In this document: positions 10,471 to 19,573 of the stretch, in pieces
How the letters are laid out: every line of letters begins with the position of its first letter
Position numbering within the stretch: the stretch's first letter is position 1
Source: Thermoleophilia bacterium
Lineage (GTDB): Bacteria; Actinomycetota; Thermoleophilia; RBG-16-64-13
Assembly (NCBI GenBank): GCA_040768135.1
Contig: JAXGNF010000003.1
Location: 11,191-75,190, forward strand
Direction: 5' to 3'
DNA length: 64,000 nt
Notes under the pieces: model-generated
What the model was told of the DNA's origin: nothing
Databases searched by the model: none
What the model saw: the letters and a program-made list of their open reading frames with translations, nothing else
Position numbers and translations under genes: made by a program

Positions 10471-11052
10471 TTACGAGAGCAGGTCGGCCACCCGCCTGGA
10501 GAGCTTCTGGGCGGTCGCTTTTCCAACCAACCTGTCTATCAGACGACCATCAGAATCGACTACGAAGACGGTGGGCACTGCCTGTACCTTGTACGCAGTC
10601 GCGATATCGCCGGAGTCCATCATGACGGGAAAATCCCAGCCTCCGGTCTTCATGAATTTTTCCATGGCGGCCTCGGTGTCACCTACCGCCAAGACCAACA
10701 ATCCTGCTCTTTGTGATTCGGCTCGATAGAACCTATCGAGTTCGGAGGCTTCCGCTCCGCAGGAGCCTCACCAACTGGCCATGAAGGCCAGCACCAGTGG
10801 TTTGCCCCGATACTCGCCCAGAGAGACGCCCGACCCGTCTAGAGTAACGCCGGCAAAATCGGGGGCTGCATCCCCAGAAACGCTGGAAGGAGTCGCCTGA
10901 CCTGCAGTCGCGTCGGAACCGGTCGCCGCCGGTCCACCGGCGCCGCATCCCGCGAGGAGTCCCACCGCAGCCACCAGAACCAGCGCCACGAACAATCCGG
11001 AGGTAGCCGCCCACGCCACCGGTCGACTCTTGTCACCCATCGCCGCTCTCAT
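10471..11052 (-). CDS. TlpA/ResA-family thiol:disulfide oxidoreductase lipoprotein with an in-frame TGA (putative Sec) replacing the first Cys of the CxxC motif; candidate selenoprotein
   Basis: Two ORF-track ORFs (10768..11199 and 10471..10701) are in the SAME frame, separated only by a TGA at 10768..10770. The joined protein reads ...LLAGCGAGG...APDFAGVTLDGSGVSLGEYRGKPLVLAFMASW-[TGA]-GSCGAEASELDRFYRAESQRAGLLVLAVGDTEAAMEKFMKTGGWDFPVMMDSGDIATAYKVQAVPTVFVVDSDGRLIDRLVG. This is the ResA/TlpA pattern (VLVNFWASWCGPC...) with U in place of C. The ATG at 11050-11052 abuts the lgt stop. A nonsense pseudogene (TGC/TGT to TGA) is the alternative. Confidence 0.6.
10722..10740 (-). promoter_or_regulatory. 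candidate bacterial SECIS-like hairpin downstream of the in-frame UGA
   Basis: mRNA CUCGAUA-GGUUC-UAUCGAG forms a 7-8 bp perfect stem whose apical loop begins GG, about 35 nt 3' of the UGA. This is within the 16-37 nt window of the bSECIS model. Confidence 0.4.
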
Positions 11053-11054
11053 AC

Positions 11055-11864
11055 TCACCGTTTTCCTTTCGCCGTCCCGGACGTCGCCACGAGAGCCTCG
11101 GCCGGCTGATCTATAGGCCCCGCAGGACGGAGCCGTCCACGAGTCCCAAACCACCACATACCCACGATACCGACCACCATCATGCCGATCCCTATCCACT
11201 GCATCTGGGTCAGTCCCAGAGCCATCGACTCATTGGTCCGGATGAACTCGATCAAGAGCCGTTCGAGGCCGTGCAGGAGAGAGAATGCAAAAATCAGGGG
11301 GCCTTCCCGCCTGAACAAAGGCCCGATGACCCAGGCAAGCAGGGCAAAGATGACGAGCGAAGCCACAGTCTCATAAAGCTGCGTGGGATGCACCGGTGTC
11401 GGCGTCGGTGGGATCCCGTGTGGGAATATCATGCCCCAGGGAAGATCGGTGGGAGTGCCGTGATCGCAGCCTCTGAGAAAACAACCGATGCGGCCGACAG
11501 CATATCCGACCGATACCGCCATGGCCCCGCAGTCCATCACCGCGGCCAACCTCTGCTTCGACAGCAGAGTGACTATCACCACTGCAACGATCGCCCCGAA
11601 CAAGCCTCCGAACCAAACCAACCCTTCACCACTCAACAGGTTCCTGGGCCACTGCTCGGGATGGAGAATCAAATAATGGACCTTGGCCCCCAGAAGACCG
11701 CCAACGATGCAGGCGATGAGTAGGCCGTAGATGAAATCGGGGTTGACTCCGCGTTTCTTGAATTGCCAGTGAGCGACGAAGCCCGCAGATATGAATGCGA
11801 GCGCCATCATCACCCCGTATGAATTAAGGGTGAAGCCTCCTATATGCAACAGCTCCGGATACAT
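11055..11864 (-). CDS. lgt: prolipoprotein diacylglyceryl transferase
   Basis: Seven-TM protein with Lgt motifs (GGFTLNSYGVM..., GRIGCFL.GCDHG.P...WG..FP, HPTQLYE). Confidence 0.85.
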   Translation of the reverse strand: MYPELLHIGGFTLNSYGVMMALAFISAGFVAHWQFKKRGVNPDFIYGLLIACIVGGLLGAKVHYLILHPEQWPRNLLSGEGLVWFGGLFGAIVAVVIVTLLSKQRLAAVMDCGAMAVSVGYAVGRIGCFLRGCDHGTPTDLPWGMIFPHGIPPTPTPVHPTQLYETVASLVIFALLAWVIGPLFRREGPLIFAFSLLHGLERLLIEFIRTNESMALGLTQMQWIGIGMMVVGIVGMWWFGTRGRLRPAGPIDQPAEALVATSGTAKGKR

Positions 11865-11981
11865 CCAAGCCCTCTAGCCTACCGGTGACGGCTTTCTGCG
11901 TTCGGTAGAGCAGAGCACCGAGAGGCCATGGTCATGTGGGAAACGCCATGAGGACCGCACGGGTCCTCGACCCTAGCCTGC

Positions 11982-12206
11982 TCAGCTGAAGCCGGAGCTC
12001 GTGGAACAGACCCGAGGCTCGCAGTTGCTAAAGCATGACTGAGAAGCCGAGCCCAGACCCATCACGCCGCCGAAGCCCGTGAACCGCTGCTCGACCTCGC
12101 GCCCGTTGCACTCGGGGCACACCTTAGCTTCGTCCTTCAAAAAACCGAGGACGAACACCTCGAACTCCTTGCCACAAGAACGGCACCTGAGATCATACGT
12201 GGCCAT
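11982..12206 (-). CDS. FmdB-family zinc-ribbon regulatory protein
   Basis: MATYDLRCRSCGKEFEV...CPECNG, the twin CxxC zinc ribbon of the FmdB family. Confidence 0.6.
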   Translation of the reverse strand: MATYDLRCRSCGKEFEVFVLGFLKDEAKVCPECNGREVEQRFTGFGGVMGLGSASQSCFSNCEPRVCSTSSGFS

Positions 12207-12532
12207 TAGACCAACCCGAATTCGCGCTCGTAATCACTTTGGGCGCGGGCCCCGATCAGCTGGCTCTTGAGTTCGCCCCCGCTGAACATGATGACCGTAG
12301 GGATGCTCATGATGCCGAAGCGGGCGGCCAAATCCTGATTGAGATCCACATTCACCTTCACGACACTGACCGTATCAGGGTGGTCAGCAGCCAGCTTCTC
12401 GAGCACCGGCCCCACCATACGACACGGACCACACCAAGGCGCCCAGAAGTCGGCCACCACAGGGACTGTGGACGTAGATATTATCTGGTCGAACTCCTCT
12501 GCGTTGACTTCTTGGACGGTCCCACTACTCAT
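12206..12532 (-). CDS. trxA: thioredoxin
   Basis: From the ATG at 12532 (RBS AGGAGAAGG): MSSGTVQEVNAEEFDQII...VVADFWAPWCGPCRMVGPVLE...IPTVIMF, the canonical WCGPC thioredoxin. The upstream in-frame extension in the ORF track is rejected. Confidence 0.85.
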   Translation of the reverse strand: MSSGTVQEVNAEEFDQIISTSTVPVVADFWAPWCGPCRMVGPVLEKLAADHPDTVSVVKVNVDLNQDLAARFGIMSIPTVIMFSGGELKSQLIGARAQSDYEREFGLV

Positions 12533-12720
12533 TGCCTTCTCCTTCTTGCGCTGCAGCCGGTCCTCCGGCCCTGCAAATGTGTATCTTACCCTACACTGCG
12601 GCATTTCAGCGGCCACTACGTGCCCGGCCGCACACGCGGCCCCCTCTCCGGGCCCGTGTCCGCGTATTGTTACCCAATCAACGAAATCCGCTAACCTATA
12701 TTCATAAGTCACCGAAGAAC

Positions 12721-13392
12721 ATGGAGGCGACCGCCATGAGACTCACGTATTTCGGCCATTCCTCCTTCCTTGTCGAGACCGCGGACGGCACACGCGTGAT
12801 CCTCGACCCCTACCGACATGGGTGTTTTGATGGGGCCGTCAAGTACGAACCGATCGATGAATCCGCGGATGTAGTGGTCGCGAGCCACGACCATGACGAT
12901 CATGGAGCCGCCGACACCATCTCCGGGAACCCACGCGTGTTCATGCATCCGGTCTCGGAAAAGGTCGGATCCGTAACGATCACCGGCGTCGAGGTGGCCC
13001 ACGACGAAGCGGGCGGTGAGAAAAGAGGCAAGAATACTATCTCCGTGCTGGATGACGGCGACGTACGGCTCGTCCATGCCGGCGACCTGGGGCACGTTCT
13101 GGATGAGGCGACCATCAAGGCACTCGGCAGAGTCGACGTGTTGCTTGTGCCTGTGGGCGGGTTCTTCACTATCGATCACCAAGAGGCGGCCGAGGTCGTC
13201 GAACAACTGAAACCCCGGGTGGTCGTCCCCATGCACTACAAGACCAACAAGATCGACTTCCCCATTGCAGCCGTCGATCCGTTCCTGGCTACGCAGGAGA
13301 CGGTGGAGCGCAAAGACGGCTCGACGCTGGAAGTGACCGGCGCCGGTCTGCCCGAGAGCCGAACTACCGTCCTTCTGAAGCACGCCCGCTGA
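12721..13392 (+). CDS. MBL-fold metal-dependent hydrolase (UPF0173-like)
   Basis: MEATAMRLTYFGHSSFLVETADGTRVILDP...VASHDHDDHG carries the metallo-beta-lactamase HxHxDH motif. Confidence 0.8.
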   Translation: MEATAMRLTYFGHSSFLVETADGTRVILDPYRHGCFDGAVKYEPIDESADVVVASHDHDDHGAADTISGNPRVFMHPVSEKVGSVTITGVEVAHDEAGGEKRGKNTISVLDDGDVRLVHAGDLGHVLDEATIKALGRVDVLLVPVGGFFTIDHQEAAEVVEQLKPRVVVPMHYKTNKIDFPIAAVDPFLATQETVERKDGSTLEVTGAGLPESRTTVLLKHAR

Positions 13393-13428
13393 CGCGCGCG
13401 GGCGTAAACACGCCCGCGCCCGGCGCCT

Positions 13429-16400
13429 GTGACCGGCGCCCAGTCAGACTGGAAAGGGGCGACCATACCAGCGACTAATGTGACGAGCCCCAAAGACGGA
13501 CGACCCCGTGACGAGAGACCTCTTTCGGGCGGCACGCGGGCCGAAGGGCCGGACCGGCTACAGCGCGTGATCCGCCTGGGGCCCGGCCCGCTGCGACGGG
13601 CCGTCCTCATAGTGATCGCACTGGTTTTATTCTTCGGACTAGGTGCGATATTCTCGCGCATCTGGACCGACTACCTCTGGTATGCAGAGGTCGGGTATAC
13701 GTCGGTCTTCTGGACCCCGATCGTTGCGAAGCTTCTGGTCGGGTTGTTCTTCGCGATGGTCTTCTTCGCCGTCTTCTACGGCAGCCTGTGGTCGGCCCGA
13801 AGAATCTCGCCCCGACTGCTCCCGGTGTCTGATTCCAAAGAAGGCAATGTCTTCGAATGGGCCACAAGGAGAAGGTGGCCGGGCAGGCTTATGCTTGCCG
13901 TTTCACTGGTGATCGCGGTCATCATCGGGGCCGTATATAGTACCCGGTGGGAACAGGTGCTCCTCTTTCTCAACCGGAACGACTTCGGCTACACCGACCC
14001 CCTCTTCGGCAAGGACGCTTCGTTCTTCGTATTCACGCTCCCGCTGTGGTCGACACTGGTGAACTTCGTGGGCATCACCCTGTTCATGACGTTGTTCGCG
14101 ACCACATTCGTATACGCGGCCGACCGAGCGCTTGTCATGAAGGCGGATAACCGGATCGCACCGGCCCCGCACGTGAAGGCCCATCTGTCTGTGCTACTTG
14201 CGCCGGTGATGTTGGCCAAGGCCGGGGACTACATGCTCCAAACCTGGAAACTCAACTACTCCACCAGGGGCCCGACCTTCGGGGCCTGCTACACCGACGT
14301 TCACGCGTCTCTCCCTGTGCTCCACTTCTTGGCCATTGTCTCGGTCATCGCCGCAGCCGTAATCCTGCTCAACATCCGCTTCAAAGGGTGGCGCCTCCCG
14401 GTCGTGGCCATCGGAGTCATGATTCTCACCTGGGCCCTCGCCGGCAAGGCCTACCCGGCCATCATCCAGCAATATCGGGTCTCACCTAACGAGATCTCGG
14501 CCGAGACTCCCTACATCATCGACAATATTGAGGCGACCCGCTGGGCCTTTGGGGTAGATCGACTCACCGAGGTCTCCCTCCAGGCCGATGCCGGCCTCAC
14601 CGCAGCCGACGTAGTCGCCAACTCAGACACGATCGACAATGTGCGTCTGTGGGAGCCCAGGCCCGCCCTCTCGACCTATTCACAAATTCAGGAGATCCGC
14701 CTCTACTATTCGTTCACCGATGTAGACGTCGACCGCTACGTCATCGACGGCGAATACCGTCAGGTACTGATCAGTGCCCGCGAACTCGATCAGTCTCGTC
14801 TTCAAGAGCAATCACGGACCTGGGTGAACCAACACCTTACCTACACCCACGGATACGGCTTCGTCCTCAGCCCGGTCAATGAAGCGGGCGGCGACGGACT
14901 CCCCGTACTCCTTGTGAAAGACATCCCTCCGCTCAGCGATACCGACCTCGAGATCTCCCGCCCCGAGATCTACTACGGCGAGCTCAGCAACCCATATGTG
15001 GTGGTGGGAACGACCAATCCCGAGTTCGACTACCCCCGAGGCGACTCCAACGTGTTCACGGCCTATGAGGGCACCGGTGGCGTCGCTATCGGCAGCACCA
15101 TCCGCAAGTTGGCGTTTAGCTTCCGTTTCAACGCCCTCAAGATCCTCTTCTCTGACTCGTTCACCGACGAGTCGCGCATCATGTACCGCCGCAGCCTCAA
15201 TGAGCGCATGCGGACGCTTGCCCCATTTTTGGCTTATGACGGTGATCCATACTTGGTCCTGCGCGATGACGGCACCCTGGTATGGATGTGGGATGCCTAC
15301 ACCAAGACCGACCGCTTCCCCTATTCCCAACCTTACGAGGGCGGCCTCAACTACATCAGGAACTCCGTCAAAGTGGTCATCGACGCCTACAACGGCGACG
15401 TGACTCTCTACCAGATCTCAAGCGACGACCCTCTGGCGAACGCCTGGAGCCGAGTATTCAATGGACTTTTCACCCCCGGTGACCAGATGCCCGCCGACCT
15501 GCGCAGGCACATGCGCTATCCCGAAGATCTGTTCAGCCTCCAGGCCAAGGTGCTCTCCACCTACCATATGACCGACCCTCAGATCTTCTACAACAAGGAG
15601 GATGTCTGGGAGATCCCCATGGAGATCTACGGACCGGAGGAGATAACTGTGGTGCCCTACTATGAGATCCTTGCTCTGCCCCAGGAGACGAAGCCTGAGT
15701 TCGTGCTCCTGCAGCCCTTCGCCCCCCTCAGCAAAGAGAACATGGTCGCGCTTCTTGTGGCCCGCCAAGACGGCGAGAACTACGGCCAGCTGATGGTGAT
15801 TGACTTCCCCAAGGGTAAGCTGGTATACGGCCCCGCCCAGGTAGAGGCCCGTATATCGAACGACCCGGTCATCTCGTCACAGCTCACCCTCTGGAGCCAA
15901 GCCGGAAGCCAAGTTATACGAGGCAATCTCCTCATCGTTCCCATTGGCCAATCAGTCATGTACTTCGAACCGGTCTACCTACAAGCCGAGCGGAGCCCGC
16001 TGCCCGAGTTGACGCGGGTCATCGTTGCATACGGCGACGAGATCGTTATGGAACCCACGTTGACTGACGCCCTTCTTAGGATCTTCGGCCCCGCCGTATC
16101 TCCGGGCACGACCACTACCCGGCCTCCAGGGACACCGACTCCCCTGCCGAGTGCAACCACAACCGTGCCGGGCGCGCCCACACCTACCTTCCCCAGTACG
16201 ACCACCACTACCCGGCCTCCGGGGACGGCCACTACCGTAGGCGGCCCCCCGACTACAGCCAGTGGCCCTACGACGACTGTGAGTGGCCCGACGACCCCAC
16301 TGCCGACCGATGTGGCTAGGCTCATCACCCTTGCCAATGAGTATTACGACGCGGCCGTCCAAGCGCAGATTCAAGGGAATTGGGCTGAGTACGGTAAACA

Positions 16401-16452
16401 GTTGGAGCGACTGGGGGAGGTGCTTCAAGCCCTGGAGACATTAACCCATTAG
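13429..16452 (+). CDS. UPF0182 family large membrane protein with a Pro/Thr-rich C-terminal linker
   Basis: N-terminal multi-TM region (WYAEVGYTSVFWTP..., seven hydrophobic helices) followed by a large extracytoplasmic domain typical of UPF0182, roughly 1000 aa. The exact start is uncertain. Confidence 0.7.
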   Translation: MTGAQSDWKGATIPATNVTSPKDGRPRDERPLSGGTRAEGPDRLQRVIRLGPGPLRRAVLIVIALVLFFGLGAIFSRIWTDYLWYAEVGYTSVFWTPIVAKLLVGLFFAMVFFAVFYGSLWSARRISPRLLPVSDSKEGNVFEWATRRRWPGRLMLAVSLVIAVIIGAVYSTRWEQVLLFLNRNDFGYTDPLFGKDASFFVFTLPLWSTLVNFVGITLFMTLFATTFVYAADRALVMKADNRIAPAPHVKAHLSVLLAPVMLAKAGDYMLQTWKLNYSTRGPTFGACYTDVHASLPVLHFLAIVSVIAAAVILLNIRFKGWRLPVVAIGVMILTWALAGKAYPAIIQQYRVSPNEISAETPYIIDNIEATRWAFGVDRLTEVSLQADAGLTAADVVANSDTIDNVRLWEPRPALSTYSQIQEIRLYYSFTDVDVDRYVIDGEYRQVLISARELDQSRLQEQSRTWVNQHLTYTHGYGFVLSPVNEAGGDGLPVLLVKDIPPLSDTDLEISRPEIYYGELSNPYVVVGTTNPEFDYPRGDSNVFTAYEGTGGVAIGSTIRKLAFSFRFNALKILFSDSFTDESRIMYRRSLNERMRTLAPFLAYDGDPYLVLRDDGTLVWMWDAYTKTDRFPYSQPYEGGLNYIRNSVKVVIDAYNGDVTLYQISSDDPLANAWSRVFNGLFTPGDQMPADLRRHMRYPEDLFSLQAKVLSTYHMTDPQIFYNKEDVWEIPMEIYGPEEITVVPYYEILALPQETKPEFVLLQPFAPLSKENMVALLVARQDGENYGQLMVIDFPKGKLVYGPAQVEARISNDPVISSQLTLWSQAGSQVIRGNLLIVPIGQSVMYFEPVYLQAERSPLPELTRVIVAYGDEIVMEPTLTDALLRIFGPAVSPGTTTTRPPGTPTPLPSATTTVPGAPTPTFPSTTTTTRPPGTATTVGGPPTTASGPTTTVSGPTTPLPTDVARLITLANEYYDAAVQAQIQGNWAEYGKQLERLGEVLQALETLTH

Positions 16453-16649
16453 CCCCGCCTCCCCGCAGTGGTTTTTTGCTACCGGAAGCGACCCCCCACG
16501 ACGTGCGCGGAGAAAACATGGGGCCTCGGTTTGGCCGGCGCACTCCCGGGCAATAACAGGTCTGAACAACTACGATGCGAGGTCTCTCTGTGGAACCTAG
16601 GAATAAGAACGATCAACCCGGCTTCCGGAGGTTGCAGAGCGAGGTCGAC

Positions 16650-17063
16650 AGAATGCTCCTCGAACTGCTCCGCGGAGAACGCACGCCCCGGTACGGCAAG
16701 ACCGCCTTCCGTCCCAACGCTGATGTGTATTTCGACAAGGGTGCCCAGCAAGTGGTGGTTAGATTCGAGTTGCCCGGCATCGATCCCGGTGCCATAGACC
16801 TCGAGGTCGATGACACCGCTCTGCGGGTGAGTGGAGTCCGCACCGACGAGCGACGCCCCGACGCCGTCTATCAACAGATGGAGATCGCTTATGGGCGCTT
16901 CGAAAGGACCATCGTGCTGCCACCCGAGGTCGACGGCGCCAACGCTTCAGCCGGCTATCACGCGGGCTATCTGGAAATAGTGCTACCTGTGAAGCCTCGA
17001 TCGGTCCACAGGCGCATAGAAATCAACACGACCGACGAGGACGAAGGAGGGCAGGACCGATGA
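16650..17063 (+). CDS. Hsp20/alpha-crystallin small heat-shock protein
   Basis: FRPNADVYFDKGAQQVVVRFELPGIDPGAIDLEVDDTALRVSGVR...YGRFERTIVLPPEVD is an alpha-crystallin domain. The ATG at 16650 is preceded by GAGGT. The longer ORF from 16575 has atypical codon usage. Confidence 0.75.
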   Translation, partial: RMLLELLRGERTPRYGKTAFRPNADVYFDKGAQQVVVRFELPGIDPGAIDLEVDDTALRVSGVRTDERRPDAVYQQMEIAYGRFERTIVLPPEVDGANASAGYHAGYLEIVLPVKPRSVHRRIEINTTDEDEGGQDR

Positions 17064-19573
17064 CCGCCCGCCGAAGAGATTCTGACGCCCATCCCGGTGC
17101 CCCGGAGTTCTTCGACACCGGCCCCTTGGAGGCGGCCGGCGCCGATTTCGTGATCATCTCCCGCGAGCCGATGGATACGTCTCTGACCGGCAGCCCGACC
17201 ACGCTACCCATTCTGCCGCTCAAAGACACGGTCGTGTTTCCCGAGACCGTGATGCCTTTGGGTGTCGGACAGCCGCGTTCGGTGCAGTTGATAGACGACG
17301 TCCTGCGAGGCGATAAGCAGGTAGGCTTGGTGGCATCGCGAGACCCGGAACTCGAGACACCGGGGCCGGACGACGTATACCGCGTTGGTGTACTAGCCAG
17401 TGTCCAGAGGATGATCAAGGCCCCCGACGGGACCCTCCGCATCATAGTCCAGGGCATACGCCGCATCCGGATCGAGAACTTCACGACCGAAAAGCCGTAT
17501 CTCATGGCAGAGATCAGTGACCTGCCCGACGTAGTCATGCCGGGTACCGAACTGGAGGCCCTGCAACGCAACCTCGTCTCGGTCTACACGAAGATCATCG
17601 CGCTGGTGCCATATCTGCCGGACGAACTCGAGATGGCCGCCACCGGCATCGAGGATCCGGCCGTGTTGGGCTACTTCATTGCATCGACGATGCGCATCAA
17701 GACCGAGGAGAAGCAGGCGCTTCTCGAAGAGATCGACGTCATCAAACGCCTTCGCCGGTTGACCGCCTTGTTGAACCGTGAGCTTGAAGTCCTGGAGTTA
17801 GGCTCGAAGATCCAAGATCAAGTGCAGTCTGAGATGGACAAGAGCCAACGGGAGTATGTACTCCGCCAACAGATGAAGGCCATCCAGGAAGAACTAGGTG
17901 AGACCGACGAGACCCAGGCCGAAGTCAACGAGTTACGGGAACGTATCGAGAAGGCCGGCCTCCCTGAGGAGGTCGACAAGCAGGCCCGACGGGAGCTGGA
18001 CCGACTGGCCAAGCTACCGCCTGCAGCGGCGGAATACGGAGTCATCCGTACGTATCTAGACTGGATCGTCTCGCTACCCTGGTCGGTGGTCACCGAGGAC
18101 CACCTCGATATCCCCAATGCCCGGGAAGTACTCGACGATGACCACTACGACCTGGAGGATGTCAAAGACCGCATCCTCGAGTTTCTGGCCGTCCAGAAGC
18201 TGAAGAGCGGGGCTACGGGACCCATCTTGTGCTTCGCGGGACCTCCAGGTGTCGGCAAGACCAGCCTCGGCAAGAGCATCGCCAGAGCCATGGGGCGCAA
18301 ATTCATCCGCATCAGCGTGGGGGGAGTGCGCGACGAATCTGAGATACGCGGACACCGGCGCACCTATGTGGGGGCAATGCCCGGGACCATCATCCGGGCC
18401 CTCCGTGACGCCGGCAGCAGCAACCCGGTCTTCATGATCGACGAGATCGACAAGATGGGTTCTGACTGGCGAGGCGACCCGTCCAGTGCCATGCTTGAGG
18501 TGCTCGACCCCGAACAGAACGGCAGCTTCCGCGACCACTATCTCGACCTACCCTTCGACCTCTCTAAGGTGATGTTCGTCTGCACTGCGAACATGCTCGA
18601 CACCATCCCCGGACCATTGCGCGATCGCATGGAGATCATCTCCATCGCCGGCTATACCGAAGAAGACAAGCTCCACATCGCCCGGCGGTACCTTGTGCCC
18701 AGGCAGCTCGAACGCAATGGTCTGAAACCCGGGCAGCTGAAGGTGACCGATGCGGCTCTGCGGACGGTGATCGAGAGCTACACACGTGAAGCCGGGGTAC
18801 GCAACCTAGAACGACAGATCGGCACCATAGCCCGCAAGTTCGCCCGCATGGTGGCCGAGGAAGGCCGGAAGCGCGCCACCGTCGGCGACAAGCAGGTAGC
18901 GTCGTATCTGGGCAAAAAGAAGGTGTTCCGCGAAACCAAGCGCCGCACCAGCGAACCCGGGGTATCTACCGGTCTGGCCTGGACCCCGACAGGCGGAGAC
19001 ATACTATTCATAGAAGCTCGGGCGATGCCGGGCACCGGACGTCTCACCCTGACCGGCCAACTCGGCGACGTCATGAAAGAGTCGGCCCAGGCCGCCCTTA
19101 CCTATGTGCGGAGCGCTGCGTCGGAATTGGGCGCTGAACCCGACTTCTTCCAGACGCATGACATCCACGTGCATGTCCCCGCCGGCGCGGTGCCTAAGGA
19201 CGGCCCTTCGGCTGGTGTAGCCATAGCAACGGCCCTGGCTAGTATGGTCTCCGGCCGGGCGGTGGACCCGAATGTGGCCATGACCGGCGAGTTGACCCTC
19301 ACCGGACAGGTGTTGCCGGTGGGAGGCATAAAGGAGAAGGTGTTGGCCGCACGGGCCGCGGGCATCACCCGAGTGCTCCTCCCCGACCGCAATCAAGCCG
19401 ATGTCGCCGAGATTAGAGGGGAAGACGTGTTGAGCGGCCTTCAGCTCTGCTACGTGGAGCACATCGGCGCCGTGTTGGAACAGGTGCTGGTCGCTGCAAA
19501 GAAGCGCCGCTCCCGTGTTTCGTGCTCGACACCCGAAGCGGTAGAGGCAGAGAGAGATGGTGCAAACGCCTGA
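17060..19573 (+). CDS. lon: ATP-dependent Lon protease (endopeptidase La)
   Basis: LON N-domain (LPLKDTVVFPE), AAA+ Walker A GPPGVGKTSLGKSIA, and protease domain with PKDGPSAGVAIATAL (catalytic Ser). Its start overlaps the hsp20 stop (ATGA). Confidence 0.9.
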   Translation: MTARRRDSDAHPGAPEFFDTGPLEAAGADFVIISREPMDTSLTGSPTTLPILPLKDTVVFPETVMPLGVGQPRSVQLIDDVLRGDKQVGLVASRDPELETPGPDDVYRVGVLASVQRMIKAPDGTLRIIVQGIRRIRIENFTTEKPYLMAEISDLPDVVMPGTELEALQRNLVSVYTKIIALVPYLPDELEMAATGIEDPAVLGYFIASTMRIKTEEKQALLEEIDVIKRLRRLTALLNRELEVLELGSKIQDQVQSEMDKSQREYVLRQQMKAIQEELGETDETQAEVNELRERIEKAGLPEEVDKQARRELDRLAKLPPAAAEYGVIRTYLDWIVSLPWSVVTEDHLDIPNAREVLDDDHYDLEDVKDRILEFLAVQKLKSGATGPILCFAGPPGVGKTSLGKSIARAMGRKFIRISVGGVRDESEIRGHRRTYVGAMPGTIIRALRDAGSSNPVFMIDEIDKMGSDWRGDPSSAMLEVLDPEQNGSFRDHYLDLPFDLSKVMFVCTANMLDTIPGPLRDRMEIISIAGYTEEDKLHIARRYLVPRQLERNGLKPGQLKVTDAALRTVIESYTREAGVRNLERQIGTIARKFARMVAEEGRKRATVGDKQVASYLGKKKVFRETKRRTSEPGVSTGLAWTPTGGDILFIEARAMPGTGRLTLTGQLGDVMKESAQAALTYVRSAASELGAEPDFFQTHDIHVHVPAGAVPKDGPSAGVAIATALASMVSGRAVDPNVAMTGELTLTGQVLPVGGIKEKVLAARAAGITRVLLPDRNQADVAEIRGEDVLSGLQLCYVEHIGAVLEQVLVAAKKRRSRVSCSTPEAVEAERDGANA

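Noticed and set aside
10344-10526. 61-codon N-terminal extension of the DUF4349 ORF
   Set aside because: P/S/R-rich junk. GAAGGAGG + GTG at 10341-10343 begins a proper lipoprotein signal peptide.
10186-10716. 176-aa plus-strand ORF spanning the DUF4349/TlpA junction
   Set aside because: Antisense to two minus-strand genes with clear signal peptides and domain signatures. No independent support.
10768-10770. Reading the in-frame TGA in the TlpA-like gene simply as a nonsense mutation (pseudogene)
   Set aside because: Not fully excluded, but disfavoured for three reasons. The stop falls exactly on the redox-active Cys position, where Sec substitution is the known pattern in thioredoxin-fold selenoproteins. 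The downstream frame remains intact and conserved for 76 codons. A GG-loop hairpin sits at the bSECIS-appropriate distance. A decision needs sel/selC genes elsewhere in the genome.
12533-12712. 60-codon N-terminal extension of trxA in the ORF track
   Set aside because: A strong RBS (AGGAGAAGG) precedes the ATG at 12532, which gives a canonical-length thioredoxin. The extension is G/A/R-rich and unsupported.
16090-16300. Possible CRISPR-like nucleotide repeats
   Set aside because: The repeats are in-frame coding repeats of a Pro/Thr linker inside the UPF0182 gene. No spacer/repeat periodicity or cas genes. No CRISPR array exists in the window.
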